Shown here: positions 18,425 through 28,263 of the stretch, in pieces
Numbering within the stretch: position 1 is the stretch's first letter
How the letters are laid out: each line of letters opens with the position of its first letter
Assembly (NCBI GenBank): GCA_964644035.1
Contig: CAZXUH010000002.1
Location: 104,881-168,880, forward strand
Origin: an uncultured Candidatus Saccharibacteria bacterium
Lineage (GTDB): Bacteria; Patescibacteriota; Minisyncoccia; Phycocordibacterales; DAORIS01
DNA length: 64,000 nt
Reading direction: 5' to 3'
The notes under the pieces: generated by a model
Seen by the model: only the letters and a program-made list of their open reading frames with translations
Told to the model about the DNA's origin: nothing
The model's database searches: none
Program-made: the position numbers and the translations under genes

Positions 18425-20140
18425 ATGAAAGAAACACTCGAACAGGCATTTGAGGAAATTTTAAAAAAGCTCGGCATTGAAACTCCGAAAATAGTTTTGG
18501 AGCACCCTGATAATCTTGATTTTGGTGATTATACGACCAATGTCGCTCTTGCATACTCAAAAGATCTCAAAGAAAAACCTTTTACACTTGCTCAAAATAT
18601 AGTTGCCGAGCTCGAACATAAGAAAATTAGGCATGTAGAAAAAATATCAATTGCTGGTCCCGGTTTTATCAATATTTCTCTTGATAGAACATTTTTCGCC
18701 GAGGCAACAAAAGACATTCTTTCAAAAGCAGAAACATTTGGCAGCAATACTTCTAAGAAAGGCCAGAAGGTAATTATTGAATACACCAATACCAATGTTC
18801 TCAAGCCTATGCATATTGGTCATTTGATGGGCAATATCATTGGTGAATCGCTCTCAAGACTTTTTGAAAAAAGTGCAGCCGATCTCAAGAGAAACAATTA
18901 TCAAGGCGATGTTGGACTCAATATTGCAAAAGCAATATGGGGTATGCAGAGTCTGATGTCGGAAATGCCAAATGCAAAAGCTAGTCTTGCTGAGAAGACA
19001 CAATATATAGGCAAAGCATATGCAGCAGGTTCGGCAGCCTATGAAGATGATACACATGCTGCAGAAGAAATAAAAAATCTCAACAAACAGCTATTTGAAA
19101 AAAGCGATCTAGACATAAATAAGCTCTATGAATGGGGAAGACAGGCTAGCCTCGATCATTTTGAGGAATTGTATAAGAAGCTTGGAACCAAATTTGATTA
19201 TTATTTCTTTGAAAGCGAAGTGGCCGACGATGCGCTCAAGATTGTTAGAGAATATCTAAAGAAAGGGATTTTTGAAGAAAGTGATGGAGCGATAGTATTT
19301 CATGGAGAGAAATTTGATCCAAAACTGCACACTAGAGTATTTATCAATTCTCAAGGTTTGCCAACATATGAAGCCAAGGATATTGCGCATGCTCTTAGGA
19401 AATATAAAAAATTCCATTTCGACGAATCTATTATTGTCACCGCCAATGAACAAAATGGCTATTTCCAAGTCGTACTACGCGCTTTGCAGGAAATCGATGC
19501 TGATATAGCTCAAAAAACGCATCATCTATCACATGGTCTCTTACAGTTGCCAACAGGAAAAATGGGATCGAGAAAAGGCAATGTCATTACTGGAGAAGCA
19601 CTTATCAATGATGTAGAGGCTTTGGTAAAAGAAAAAATAAAAGACAGAGGATTTGGTAATGAAGAAGCAGAAGGGGTAGTAAGTAGCGTATCAATCGGTG
19701 CTATCAAATATTCTATTCTCAAACAATCACCTGGCAATGATATTATTTTTGATCTTGAAAAATCAGTCTCATTTGAAGGAGATTCTGGTCCGTATTTGCA
19801 ATATGCGTCGGTGCGAGCTGGTTCTCTGCTCACAAAAGCGCTTGAACAGGAAATAAAACCAAAAGTCGGTCTTGTTCCCGAAGAAGTAAGTATTGTAGAA
19901 AAATTGCTCTATCGTTTCCCAGAAATCGTGGAGCGTGCTCTCAATGAACGTGCGCCGCATTATATAGCACTCTATCTGACCCAGGTCGCCGGAGCGTTCA
20001 ATAGTTGGTATGGCAATACAAAAATTATCGATGCCAAGGATCCGTATTCTCAATACAAACTCGCTCTCACACAAGCTACAAAAAATATTTTAGACAGCGG
20101 ACTGTACTTACTAGGTATTGAAGTACCAGAAAAAATGTAA
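18425..20140 (+). CDS. argS: Arginyl-tRNA synthetase
   Basis: FGDYTTN, GPGFIN, MHIGH, KMGSRKG, GDSGPYLQYA, C-terminal PEKM. Confidence 0.97.
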   Translation: MKETLEQAFEEILKKLGIETPKIVLEHPDNLDFGDYTTNVALAYSKDLKEKPFTLAQNIVAELEHKKIRHVEKISIAGPGFINISLDRTFFAEATKDILSKAETFGSNTSKKGQKVIIEYTNTNVLKPMHIGHLMGNIIGESLSRLFEKSAADLKRNNYQGDVGLNIAKAIWGMQSLMSEMPNAKASLAEKTQYIGKAYAAGSAAYEDDTHAAEEIKNLNKQLFEKSDLDINKLYEWGRQASLDHFEELYKKLGTKFDYYFFESEVADDALKIVREYLKKGIFEESDGAIVFHGEKFDPKLHTRVFINSQGLPTYEAKDIAHALRKYKKFHFDESIIVTANEQNGYFQVVLRALQEIDADIAQKTHHLSHGLLQLPTGKMGSRKGNVITGEALINDVEALVKEKIKDRGFGNEEAEGVVSSVSIGAIKYSILKQSPGNDIIFDLEKSVSFEGDSGPYLQYASVRAGSLLTKALEQEIKPKVGLVPEEVSIVEKLLYRFPEIVERALNERAPHYIALYLTQVAGAFNSWYGNTKIIDAKDPYSQYKLALTQATKNILDSGLYLLGIEVPEKM

Positions 20141-20320
20141 AAAAAGACCCGAGTCGGGGAAGACGACTCGGGTTATTGCTGTACGGCCGGGCGAGCCGTC
20201 AGCGGGGGCAATGGGGGGTAGGAAGGAATGGGATTAAAAGATCGCCGGGGTGTCCCGGAGGGGGGGGAACCGGAACGGGGGAAACCCGGCGATCAATTCC
20301 GTAAAGAACTATTTGATTAC
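20139..20320 (-). ncRNA. Candidate ~180-nt structured C-rich small RNA
   Basis: Minus-strand promoter TTGCAT-N16-(TG)TATAAT at 20327-20354; three GC-rich stems; ends in cccgagtcg/cgactcggg hairpin plus U run. Confidence 0.6.
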
Positions 20321-20419
20321 GCTTCTATTATACCATATTCATTTCAATATGCAAGGGGTTCTATAAATAGCAATAAAATGCTTACAAATATGAGAAAAAT
20401 GCTAATATAGCTATATTCT

Positions 20420-23400
20420 ATGGACACGGATGAAAAGAAAAAGAGCGCCGTAGCGCTCCGGGAAGAAGAAACTCTGGCTTTCTGGCAGAAGAATGAACTA
20501 TTTGAAAAAACTCTCAAAAAAGAGTCTCCAAAAGGCGAATATGTCTTTCTCGACGGGCCGCCATTTGCTACAGGTCTGCCACACTACGGTCATATACTAG
20601 CTAGTGCTATCAAAGATACGATTCCGCGTTACAAAACGATGCGAGGTTTCAATGTGCCTCGACGTTGGGGTTGGGATTGTCATGGTCTGCCTATTGAAAC
20701 GATTGTTGAGAAAGATCTCAATGTATCAGGACGTAAACAGATCGAAGAATTAGGGGTGGAGAAATTCAATGAACATGCTCGAAGCAAGGTTTTGACCTTT
20801 GTACATGACTGGAAAAAAACCGTCGATCGTATTGGTCGCTGGGTCAATTTTGACGGTGCATATATGACGATGGACAATTCATATATTGAATCTGTCTGGT
20901 GGGCACTCAAGGAATTGCACAAGAAAGATGCTATCTATGAAAGCACTCGTGTACTACCATACTGTCCGCGCTGTGAAACTCCAATCGCCAATTCCGAAAT
21001 AGCAATGGACAATAGCTACAAAGACATCACTGATATTTCAGTCTATGTAAAATTTGAACTCAAAGACAGACCAAAAACCTATTTATTGGCTTGGACAACA
21101 ACACCATGGACACTTCCTGGCAACTTTGCTCTCGCTGTTAATCCGGAACTGATCTATGTAACTGTCCAAGCAGAAAATGGAGAAAAATATATTGTTGCGA
21201 AAAGTAGATATGAAAAACTAACCGACAAATTTGTCGGCCATACAATTGTAAGTGAAGAAAAGGGAAGTATGCTTGTTGGTAAATCATATAAGCCCGCCTT
21301 TTCATACTTCACCAATACCGAATTTAAAAACAAAGACAAAGTCTGGAAAGTCTATGTTGCAGAATTTGTCACAGACAATGATGGTACGGGTATAGTGCAT
21401 ATTGCTCCAGGATATGGAGAAGACGATATGGCTCTGGCTAAAAAAGAAAACATAGCTTTTATTCATCATGTCACTACTGAGGGTAAATTTGCTTCTACAG
21501 CCACTGACTTTGCTGGGGAGCGTGTAAAGCCAAAAGAAGATCATCAGTCAGGTGATGTGCTTATCATTAAACATCTTGCCAAGGAAAATCTTCTATTTGC
21601 TAAAGAAAAGATTGTTCACTCATATCCGCATTGCTATCGCTGCGAAACGCCGCTTATTTACTACGCTCTCCCCGCTTGGTTTATCAATATTCAGAGTGTA
21701 AAGAAGCAACTGCTAAAAAAGAATGAAGAGATAGACTGGATACCAGAGCATCTCAAGCATGGTCGTTTCGAAAAAAGTATGGAAGGTGCGCCGGATTGGA
21801 ACTTTTCTCGAAATAGATTTTGGGCGTCACCTTTGCCGTTTTGGAAAAGTGCCGATGGAAAAGAATTGGAAGTGATAGGATCTCTTGAAGATCTAAAAAA
21901 GAAAACAAATAGAGGTAATACGTTTTTCTTCATGCGTCACGGTCAGGCGGAGAACAATGCTTCTAATACTCTAAATTCCACACCCAATACTTCGTATGGT
22001 CTTACCGATTTGGGTAAAGAGCAGGTCAAAGTGTCTGCACAACAGCTTAAGAAAAAGAAGATCGATGTTATCTACGCATCAGACTTCACCCGTACCAAAG
22101 AAACTGCCGAAATGGTAGCTCAGAGTATTGGCTATCCAAAAGAAAACATAATCTATGACAAAAGGCTTCGCGAGCTCGATTTCGGTGATCTCGACGGTAA
22201 GAATATTTCAGCATATAGAAATCTTTTCCCTGGGTATGAAGCCGCATTTGAAAAAAATATTCCAGGAGGGGAAAGTCTTCGCAATATCCATCGCCGAGTG
22301 GGGGATTTTATCTATCAAGCCGATGCCGATGCTCGAAATAAAAATATTCTTGTCATATCTCACGAAACACCACTGTGGATGTTGCAGTCGGTAGGTGGAC
22401 ACTTGTCGCAGAAGGAAATCATTGCTATGCGTGCAAGCGGGGAAGAGTTTATAAAAAATGGCGAACTTAGAGAAATTTCATTTGCTCGTATGCCTCACAA
22501 CGCTGACTATGAACTCGATTTTCACCGACCATATATCGATCAGATCTCATGGATGTCATCTTCTGGCAAGCTCATGACTCGTATTCCAGAAGTGATCGAC
22601 TGTTGGTTCGAATCAGGTGCCATGCCTTTTGCTTCAGAACATCGACCTTTCAATCCGGGCAGCACTCGACCGGCCGATTTTGTGGCTGAATATATAGCTC
22701 AAACAAGAACATGGTTTTATTACATGCATGTGTTGTCCGTGCAGCTTTTTGGACAAATACCTTTTAAACATGTGGTGACAACGGGTACGATCTTGGCAAA
22801 AGACGGACAGAAAATGTCGAAGTCAAAAAACAATTTCCCCGATCCATGGATTCTTTTTGATAAATACGGAGTAGACGCAATTCGATATTATTTGATGTCG
22901 TCACCGCTCATGAAATCTGAAGATCTCAATTTCTCAGAAGGGGATGTCGATAGTATTTATAAAAAATTAGTATTGCGTCTTGAAAATGTTCTCTCTTTCT
23001 ACGAATTGTACAAAGACGATTCTATACAAGCGGATAGCAATAGCGATGTGGTCATTGACCAATGGATCATTTCAAGACTCTCAGAAGTCCATGCCAAAGT
23101 GACAAAAGGTCTCGATGAATACGAAGTCGATGCTGCAATCAGACCATTTGATAAGTGTATCGATGATCTATCGACATGGTATTTGCGCAGATCTCGAGAT
23201 CGTCTTAAAGACGATACAAATATCGAAGATAAGAAAAAAGCTCTAGCCACAACCCGTTTTGTTCTTCTCCAGCTTTCGCATTTGTTGGCACCAGTCATGC
23301 CTTTTATCGCTGAACATATTTATCAAAAGACAAAAGATACAAAGCACGGCAAGGAAAGCGTGCATTTGGAAAACTGGCCTCAGGTTGCCGTGGATATTGC

Positions 23401-23863
23401 GTCGACTAAGATTCAAAAAATATTGGTCAATATGGAGACGGTCAGAAATATTGTGTCAGTTGCGCAAGATGCACGTGTCAAAGCAGGTATAAAAGTCAGA
23501 CAGCCACTCGCATCGCTCCATATAAAACAAACTCTTTCTGCAGAATATCTCGATCTTATAAAAGATGAAATCAATGTAAAGAAAGTAGAGGTCAATGAAT
23601 CTCAAGAAGGGGAAGTAGTGCTTGATACGACGATTACTCCAGAACTCAAATCAGAAGGAATCATGCGTGAACTATTGCGATCTATTCAGGACAAGCGCAA
23701 AGAAGCTGGTCTCATGCCGCGCGATATGGCGATAGTAAAAATCCCTCGCAATTCTGAAAATGAAGAAGTAGTCAAGACGTATGAGAAAAATATAAAAGCA
23801 GCTGCCTTTATCAAAGAAATTGCATTTGAAGATAGAGAAGATATATTTGTCGGGAAAATATAA
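20420..23863 (+). CDS. ileS: Isoleucyl-tRNA synthetase (IleRS2 type) with an inserted histidine-phosphatase domain
   Basis: DGPPFATGLPHYGH, GWDCHGLP, WTTTPWT, KMSKS; insert FFMRHG...SDFTRT...LRELDFG...VISH. Confidence 0.95.
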   Translation: MDTDEKKKSAVALREEETLAFWQKNELFEKTLKKESPKGEYVFLDGPPFATGLPHYGHILASAIKDTIPRYKTMRGFNVPRRWGWDCHGLPIETIVEKDLNVSGRKQIEELGVEKFNEHARSKVLTFVHDWKKTVDRIGRWVNFDGAYMTMDNSYIESVWWALKELHKKDAIYESTRVLPYCPRCETPIANSEIAMDNSYKDITDISVYVKFELKDRPKTYLLAWTTTPWTLPGNFALAVNPELIYVTVQAENGEKYIVAKSRYEKLTDKFVGHTIVSEEKGSMLVGKSYKPAFSYFTNTEFKNKDKVWKVYVAEFVTDNDGTGIVHIAPGYGEDDMALAKKENIAFIHHVTTEGKFASTATDFAGERVKPKEDHQSGDVLIIKHLAKENLLFAKEKIVHSYPHCYRCETPLIYYALPAWFINIQSVKKQLLKKNEEIDWIPEHLKHGRFEKSMEGAPDWNFSRNRFWASPLPFWKSADGKELEVIGSLEDLKKKTNRGNTFFFMRHGQAENNASNTLNSTPNTSYGLTDLGKEQVKVSAQQLKKKKIDVIYASDFTRTKETAEMVAQSIGYPKENIIYDKRLRELDFGDLDGKNISAYRNLFPGYEAAFEKNIPGGESLRNIHRRVGDFIYQADADARNKNILVISHETPLWMLQSVGGHLSQKEIIAMRASGEEFIKNGELREISFARMPHNADYELDFHRPYIDQISWMSSSGKLMTRIPEVIDCWFESGAMPFASEHRPFNPGSTRPADFVAEYIAQTRTWFYYMHVLSVQLFGQIPFKHVVTTGTILAKDGQKMSKSKNNFPDPWILFDKYGVDAIRYYLMSSPLMKSEDLNFSEGDVDSIYKKLVLRLENVLSFYELYKDDSIQADSNSDVVIDQWIISRLSEVHAKVTKGLDEYEVDAAIRPFDKCIDDLSTWYLRRSRDRLKDDTNIEDKKKALATTRFVLLQLSHLLAPVMPFIAEHIYQKTKDTKHGKESVHLENWPQVAVDIASTKIQKILVNMETVRNIVSVAQDARVKAGIKVRQPLASLHIKQTLSAEYLDLIKDEINVKKVEVNESQEGEVVLDTTITPELKSEGIMRELLRSIQDKRKEAGLMPRDMAIVKIPRNSENEEVVKTYEKNIKAAAFIKEIAFEDREDIFVGKI

Positions 23864-23869
23864 AAGCGT

Positions 23870-24430
23870 ATGCATCGCATTTACAGCAGCATGGCACTTG
23901 TCGTCGAAAGCCGACCATATAGCGAAGCTGATCGGATGATTACTTGCTATACACGCGAATACGGTCTTATAAGTGCTGTTGCAAAAAGCGTGCGACTTGA
24001 GAAATCAAAACTACGTTATGCGCTGGCGCTCTACAGTATGTCGGAAATATCTTTGGTCAAAGGCAAAGAAATTTGGCGACTGACAAGTGCTATATATGAA
24101 AAAAGTTTCAGCGCCAATGCACAGGCAGTCAAAAAAATTCTTTCGACACTCAAAAGATTGATAGGGGAAGAAATACCTGATCAGTTTCTTTTTGATGCAC
24201 TGCGCGCATATCTCGAATACATGCATCAGAAAGGCGAAATCGATGCCAAAGCTGCTGAAGTAGGTATTATGCTCCACATCCTCAATCGTTCGGGATATCT
24301 GCAGGCCTCAATCCCGCTGGCAGATTTTCTATCCACACCATTTGCCCCCGAGAAACTAGGAGACGTCGCTATCCACAAAAAGGAGGCTATAGGGCTGATA
24401 AATCAAGCTCTAGAGCACGCGCATTTATAG
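23870..24430 (+). CDS. recO: DNA repair protein RecO (short form)
   Basis: PYSEADRMITCYTREYGLISAVAKSVRLEKSKL OB-fold signature. Confidence 0.85.
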   Translation: MHRIYSSMALVVESRPYSEADRMITCYTREYGLISAVAKSVRLEKSKLRYALALYSMSEISLVKGKEIWRLTSAIYEKSFSANAQAVKKILSTLKRLIGEEIPDQFLFDALRAYLEYMHQKGEIDAKAAEVGIMLHILNRSGYLQASIPLADFLSTPFAPEKLGDVAIHKKEAIGLINQALEHAHL

Positions 24431-24437
24431 TATACTT

Positions 24438-26372
24438 ATGAGCATGGATTCAGAATTTGAGAATAGCCGCATTGAGCGGTTAAAAAAGCGCCTCTATTCA
24501 AAGAGCAATGATCAACCTATCCTTGATCCGACAAAAGGCGCTGTTCTCGAGCAAGCTCCGGTAGAAACTCCCGAAAGTCAGTGGGGAGAGACGCAGATTT
24601 TGGAAAGACCAGCTTCGGCATTGGCATACAAAAGCGCTGCGTCCAAATTTTTCAAAACACTTTTTCTTATTTCAATCATCTTTTGCGTGATTGCTGGCGG
24701 TATAGCGGCATTTATTTTTATTGGCAATCACAATCGTATTTCTTCGATTGATATTTCTGTCACTGGTCCAGTTTCTATTGCTGGTGGAGAAAAACTCGCA
24801 CTGCTCGTCGCTGTCGACAATCAAAACGGTGTTGATATGCTCAATGCTCGCGTGCGTATTGATTACCCCGAAGGCGCATATGTAAGTACCAACACGGCCA
24901 TGAGTCTTCCAAGAGACGAGCGTGTACTCGATACGATCAAGGCTGGTACTCAAAAACAAATAACCTTTGAATCGATTCTTTTTGGCGAAGAAAACATTCA
25001 GAAAGATTTTACAATTACTGTTGAATATGAAATCGCAGGTTCGAAAACTTCATATACCAATAACAAAGACTATAGTATTTTACTTACCAAAGCGCCGATC
25101 AGTCTCCTGATCGATTATGAAAAGACCGTTACTTCTGAACAAGATACGACGATTGTACTGACTGCCATTTCAAACTCGACCGCTAAGCTTGAAAACGTAC
25201 TTCTAAAGGGTATTTATCCTGTCGGTTGGTCATTTACTTCTGCTGATCCTGCAGCTGTGGCAACGACCAAGGATACGTGGCAACTCGGTAGCTTTATCCC
25301 AGGCGAAAAGAAAAAGATTACTCTGCGTGGCACGATCAAAGGACAAGAAGGTGAAGAAAAAGTATTTAGATTTTCTCTCGGTGCTCCGCAAGAGACCGAT
25401 GAAAACAAACTTTCGACTTCATTTGTCGACTCGATTGCGACCATGACTCTCGAAAGGCCGTTTATCTTAACCAAGCTTGAAATAGGTGAGGAAAACAAAG
25501 ACGGTGATATTGTAGCCAATCTTGGAGATTTACTCGATGGTACGCTCAATATTAAAAACAACACGTCTCGAGACCTTGTTGATGTAGTGGTAGAGATAAA
25601 ACCCGAAGGCCAAGTCTATGACAAATACTCTGTCAAAACGTCTGACGGCTTTTATAAATCAACAGAAAATACTCTGTATTGGGACAAAGTCATTAAGCAG
25701 GATTTGAAAATGATGACCCAAGGTAGCGATGTAAATGTAAGATTTATGTTTAAAACCTTTAGTCCAGAACAGCTTGTTCAGATTTTCCGCAATCCACAAA
25801 TGAATCTTAGGGTTTCTGTAACAGGCAAATCGATTGCCGATGACGAAGGCACAAAAAATATCAATATTGATTTTGTAAAGAAAATAAAATTCACTACTCA
25901 AGCATCAATGGAAGCGCGTACTCGCTACAATGTCGGCGCATTTAGAAATGTTGGTCCAGTACCACCTCAAGCTGAGCAAACTACTTCATACACGCTCTCC
26001 TTTGATCTCAAAAATACATTCAATCATATTTCTGAAGGCAAGGTCACTGCAGTGCTGCCATTTTATGTGCAGTGGGTACCGCAGGCCTCTTCATCGATAG
26101 AAAAGATCAGTTTTGATACTCAGACGAGAGTGGTGACGTGGAATGTGGGTGAATTGGCAGCTGGGGCTGGCTATACGGGCGCTACACGCACTGGATCCTT
26201 CCAGGTTACTATTGCGCCAAGTACCAGTCAGGTGGGCACGGTGCCGATCCTAGCGAGCGATATTGCCTTTATTGGCGTTGACCGCTTTACGGGTAACATG
26301 ATACAAATGAGGTCACCTGGTCTCACTACCCAAGTTGTAGATGAAAATCTCTCGGGCGTGGTACGGAAATAA
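24438..26372 (+). CDS. Membrane-anchored protein with repeated beta-sandwich (DUF11/Ig-like) domains
   Basis: One TM at aa ~72-95 followed by beta-rich repeats with W.LG.L..G signatures. Confidence 0.7.
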   Translation: MSMDSEFENSRIERLKKRLYSKSNDQPILDPTKGAVLEQAPVETPESQWGETQILERPASALAYKSAASKFFKTLFLISIIFCVIAGGIAAFIFIGNHNRISSIDISVTGPVSIAGGEKLALLVAVDNQNGVDMLNARVRIDYPEGAYVSTNTAMSLPRDERVLDTIKAGTQKQITFESILFGEENIQKDFTITVEYEIAGSKTSYTNNKDYSILLTKAPISLLIDYEKTVTSEQDTTIVLTAISNSTAKLENVLLKGIYPVGWSFTSADPAAVATTKDTWQLGSFIPGEKKKITLRGTIKGQEGEEKVFRFSLGAPQETDENKLSTSFVDSIATMTLERPFILTKLEIGEENKDGDIVANLGDLLDGTLNIKNNTSRDLVDVVVEIKPEGQVYDKYSVKTSDGFYKSTENTLYWDKVIKQDLKMMTQGSDVNVRFMFKTFSPEQLVQIFRNPQMNLRVSVTGKSIADDEGTKNINIDFVKKIKFTTQASMEARTRYNVGAFRNVGPVPPQAEQTTSYTLSFDLKNTFNHISEGKVTAVLPFYVQWVPQASSSIEKISFDTQTRVVTWNVGELAAGAGYTGATRTGSFQVTIAPSTSQVGTVPILASDIAFIGVDRFTGNMIQMRSPGLTTQVVDENLSGVVRK

Positions 26373-26375
26373 TAT

Positions 26376-27728
26376 ATGGAAGAACTCATTTCTCTGCTCA
26401 AAAGAAGGGGATTTATATACCAAGGCTCCGAAATATACGGTGGTCTTGCTGGTACATGGGACTACGGTCCGCTTGGTGTTGCACTCAAAAACAATATCAA
26501 AGCTTTGTGGTGGAAGCGTTTCGTGACTGATAGAGAAGATATGTATGGTATCGACGCTTCGATACTAATGAATCAAAATGTCTGGAAAGCCTCAGGCCAT
26601 GTTGGTGGTTTTTCTGATCCTCTTGTCGAAGATGTCAAAACAAAAAAGCGCTATCGAGCCGACCATTTACTCGAGGAAGCAAGTGTCGATCCAAAAGGCA
26701 TGACAGTGGCTGATATGGATAAAGCTATAAAGGATAAAGGAATAAAAAGTCCTGATGGCAATGCGCTTGGCGATGTGCGTCAGTTCAATATGATGTTTAA
26801 GACGCACGTCGGTGCGACTGAAGACGAATCTTCTATTTCATACCTTAGACCTGAAACTGCTCAAGGCATGTTCGTCAATTTCAAAAATATTATTGATTCA
26901 TTTCATCCAAAAGTGCCTTTTGGTTTGGCTCAGATAGGCAAAGCATTTAGAAATGAAATTGCTCCTCGAGATTTTATATTTAGGACAAGAGAGTTTGAGC
27001 AAATGGAAATCGAATATTTTGTCGATCCTCGTGATGAGAAAAAAGTAAATGAAACATTCGACACTCTCTTCGATGAACAAATGAATTTCCTCAAAGATAT
27101 TGGTCTACCAAAATCAAAGATTCACAAACTAGAAGTAGCCGATGCTGACAGAGCACATTATTCGAAACGAAGCGTGGATACCGAGTTCGACTTTCCATTT
27201 GGAAAGAAAGAGTTGCTTGGTCTGGCGTATCGTACCGATTTTGATCTTGCAGCTCATACAAAAGCTAGTGGTATCGATCTTACGTATTTTGATGAAGAAT
27301 CTAAAGATCGATTTACACCGCATTGTATCGAACCAACCTTTGGTCTCGATCGTTTGGTGTTGGCCGTGACTTCACATGCATATACCGAAGATGAACTCGG
27401 TGGTGAGAAGAGAGTCTATCTCAAGCTTTCTCCAGACATTGCTCCTGTGCGAGTAGCTGTCTTTCCTCTTTTGAAAAATAAACCCCAGCTTATCGAAAAG
27501 GCGAGGGAAGTGTTTACCATGCTTAAGAAAGAATTTGGCGCAGTGCTCTTTGATGACAATGGAAATATTGGCAAGCGTTATCGCCGACAAGATGAAATCG
27601 GTACGCCGTATTGCGTCACAGTAGATTTCGATACTGTAGAAAAAGATAATACTGTCACTGTTCGTGATCGTGACACTGGAGAGCAGAAGAGGGTAGACAT
27701 CAAAGATTTGATCAAGGAGCTAGCTTAA
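26376..27728 (+). CDS. glyQS: Glycyl-tRNA synthetase, homodimeric (alpha2) type
   Basis: EIYGG..WDYGPLG, YLRPETAQG, FRNEI, IGKRYRRQDEIGTP. Confidence 0.97.
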   Translation: MEELISLLKRRGFIYQGSEIYGGLAGTWDYGPLGVALKNNIKALWWKRFVTDREDMYGIDASILMNQNVWKASGHVGGFSDPLVEDVKTKKRYRADHLLEEASVDPKGMTVADMDKAIKDKGIKSPDGNALGDVRQFNMMFKTHVGATEDESSISYLRPETAQGMFVNFKNIIDSFHPKVPFGLAQIGKAFRNEIAPRDFIFRTREFEQMEIEYFVDPRDEKKVNETFDTLFDEQMNFLKDIGLPKSKIHKLEVADADRAHYSKRSVDTEFDFPFGKKELLGLAYRTDFDLAAHTKASGIDLTYFDEESKDRFTPHCIEPTFGLDRLVLAVTSHAYTEDELGGEKRVYLKLSPDIAPVRVAVFPLLKNKPQLIEKAREVFTMLKKEFGAVLFDDNGNIGKRYRRQDEIGTPYCVTVDFDTVEKDNTVTVRDRDTGEQKRVDIKDLIKELA

Positions 27729-27767
27729 TTGCTGTTGTAGATTATTTAAAAACATTTATAATCAACT

Positions 27768-27847
27768 TACCCCTGTGTCGAGATAACCTTTTTCACCGGA
27801 GGCCTCGATACGACCCCCTGCGAACACGCAAACGCAGGGGTGTTTTT
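27768..27847 (+). ncRNA. Candidate ~80-nt small RNA A
   Basis: TATAAT at 27757-27762; stem tgtgtcgag/ctcgatacg; terminator cccctgcg/cgcagggg plus T run. Confidence 0.4.
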
Positions 27848-27874
27848 ATTTATTAAATTTGCTATATTAGACAA

Positions 27875-27957
27875 GTTTCCTTTCAATGTGACAGAGAAGG
27901 ATTCTCTGATTCACAGGTTAAGCCCCACAATTCGTACTTGTGGGGCTCTTTATTTTT
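27875..27957 (+). ncRNA. Candidate ~80-nt small RNA B
   Basis: TGcTATATT at 27860-27868; stem gtga-cagagaa/ttctctg-tcac; terminator agccccacaa/ttgtggggct plus T-rich tail. Confidence 0.45.
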
Positions 27958-27963
27958 AAAAAT

Positions 27964-27990
27964 AAGCCGCAGCATTTTCTGCTGCGGCTT
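27964..27990 (-). terminator. Terminator for the minus-strand 59-aa gene
   Basis: aagccgcagca/tgctgcggctt 11-bp stem, T-rich on the minus-strand 3' side. Confidence 0.7.
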
Positions 27991-28002
27991 TGTGCCGACG
28001 TA

Positions 28003-28182
28003 TTATTCACGTCGGGGTATCGGTTGTCTCATGTGTGGAATCCACAATTCATTCTCTTTGCCCACATTTCTTTTCTCACGAAGGACTCTTTCTGTACCTT
28101 CGCCGATTTTTATCGACGTGCGATAAAGCTTTTTGGTCAGCTTTCGCAATTGATTCAACTGACCCTTACTTGGTTTGGACAT
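28003..28182 (-). CDS. Unannotated 59-aa basic protein MSKPSKGQLNQLRKLTKKLYRTSIKIGEGTERVLREKRNVGKENELWIPHMRQPIPRRE
   Basis: Translated by hand (below the 60-aa track cutoff); AAGGAG SD 4 nt before ATG; TTGACA-N17-TAGGAT promoter at 28209-28237; downstream terminator. Confidence 0.7.
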   Translation of the reverse strand: MSKPSKGQLNQLRKLTKKLYRTSIKIGEGTERVLREKRNVGKENELWIPHMRQPIPRRE

Positions 28183-28263
28183 ACTGCTCCTTGTTTGCGT
28201 CTACTCGTATCCTAGACGCTTAGTATATAGCTGTCAATTTATCAAATATGCTACACTCAGCTC

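Noticed and set aside
20228-20410. 60-aa plus-strand ORF, or a T-box leader for ileS
   Set aside because: The ORF is a translation of G runs and stems. No T-box consensus is visible, and the promoter and terminator polarity point to a minus-strand RNA.
27938-28223. Three overlapping plus-strand ORFs in the track
   Set aside because: They lack start signals and run across terminator hairpins. The minus-strand 59-aa ORF has a promoter, SD and terminator.
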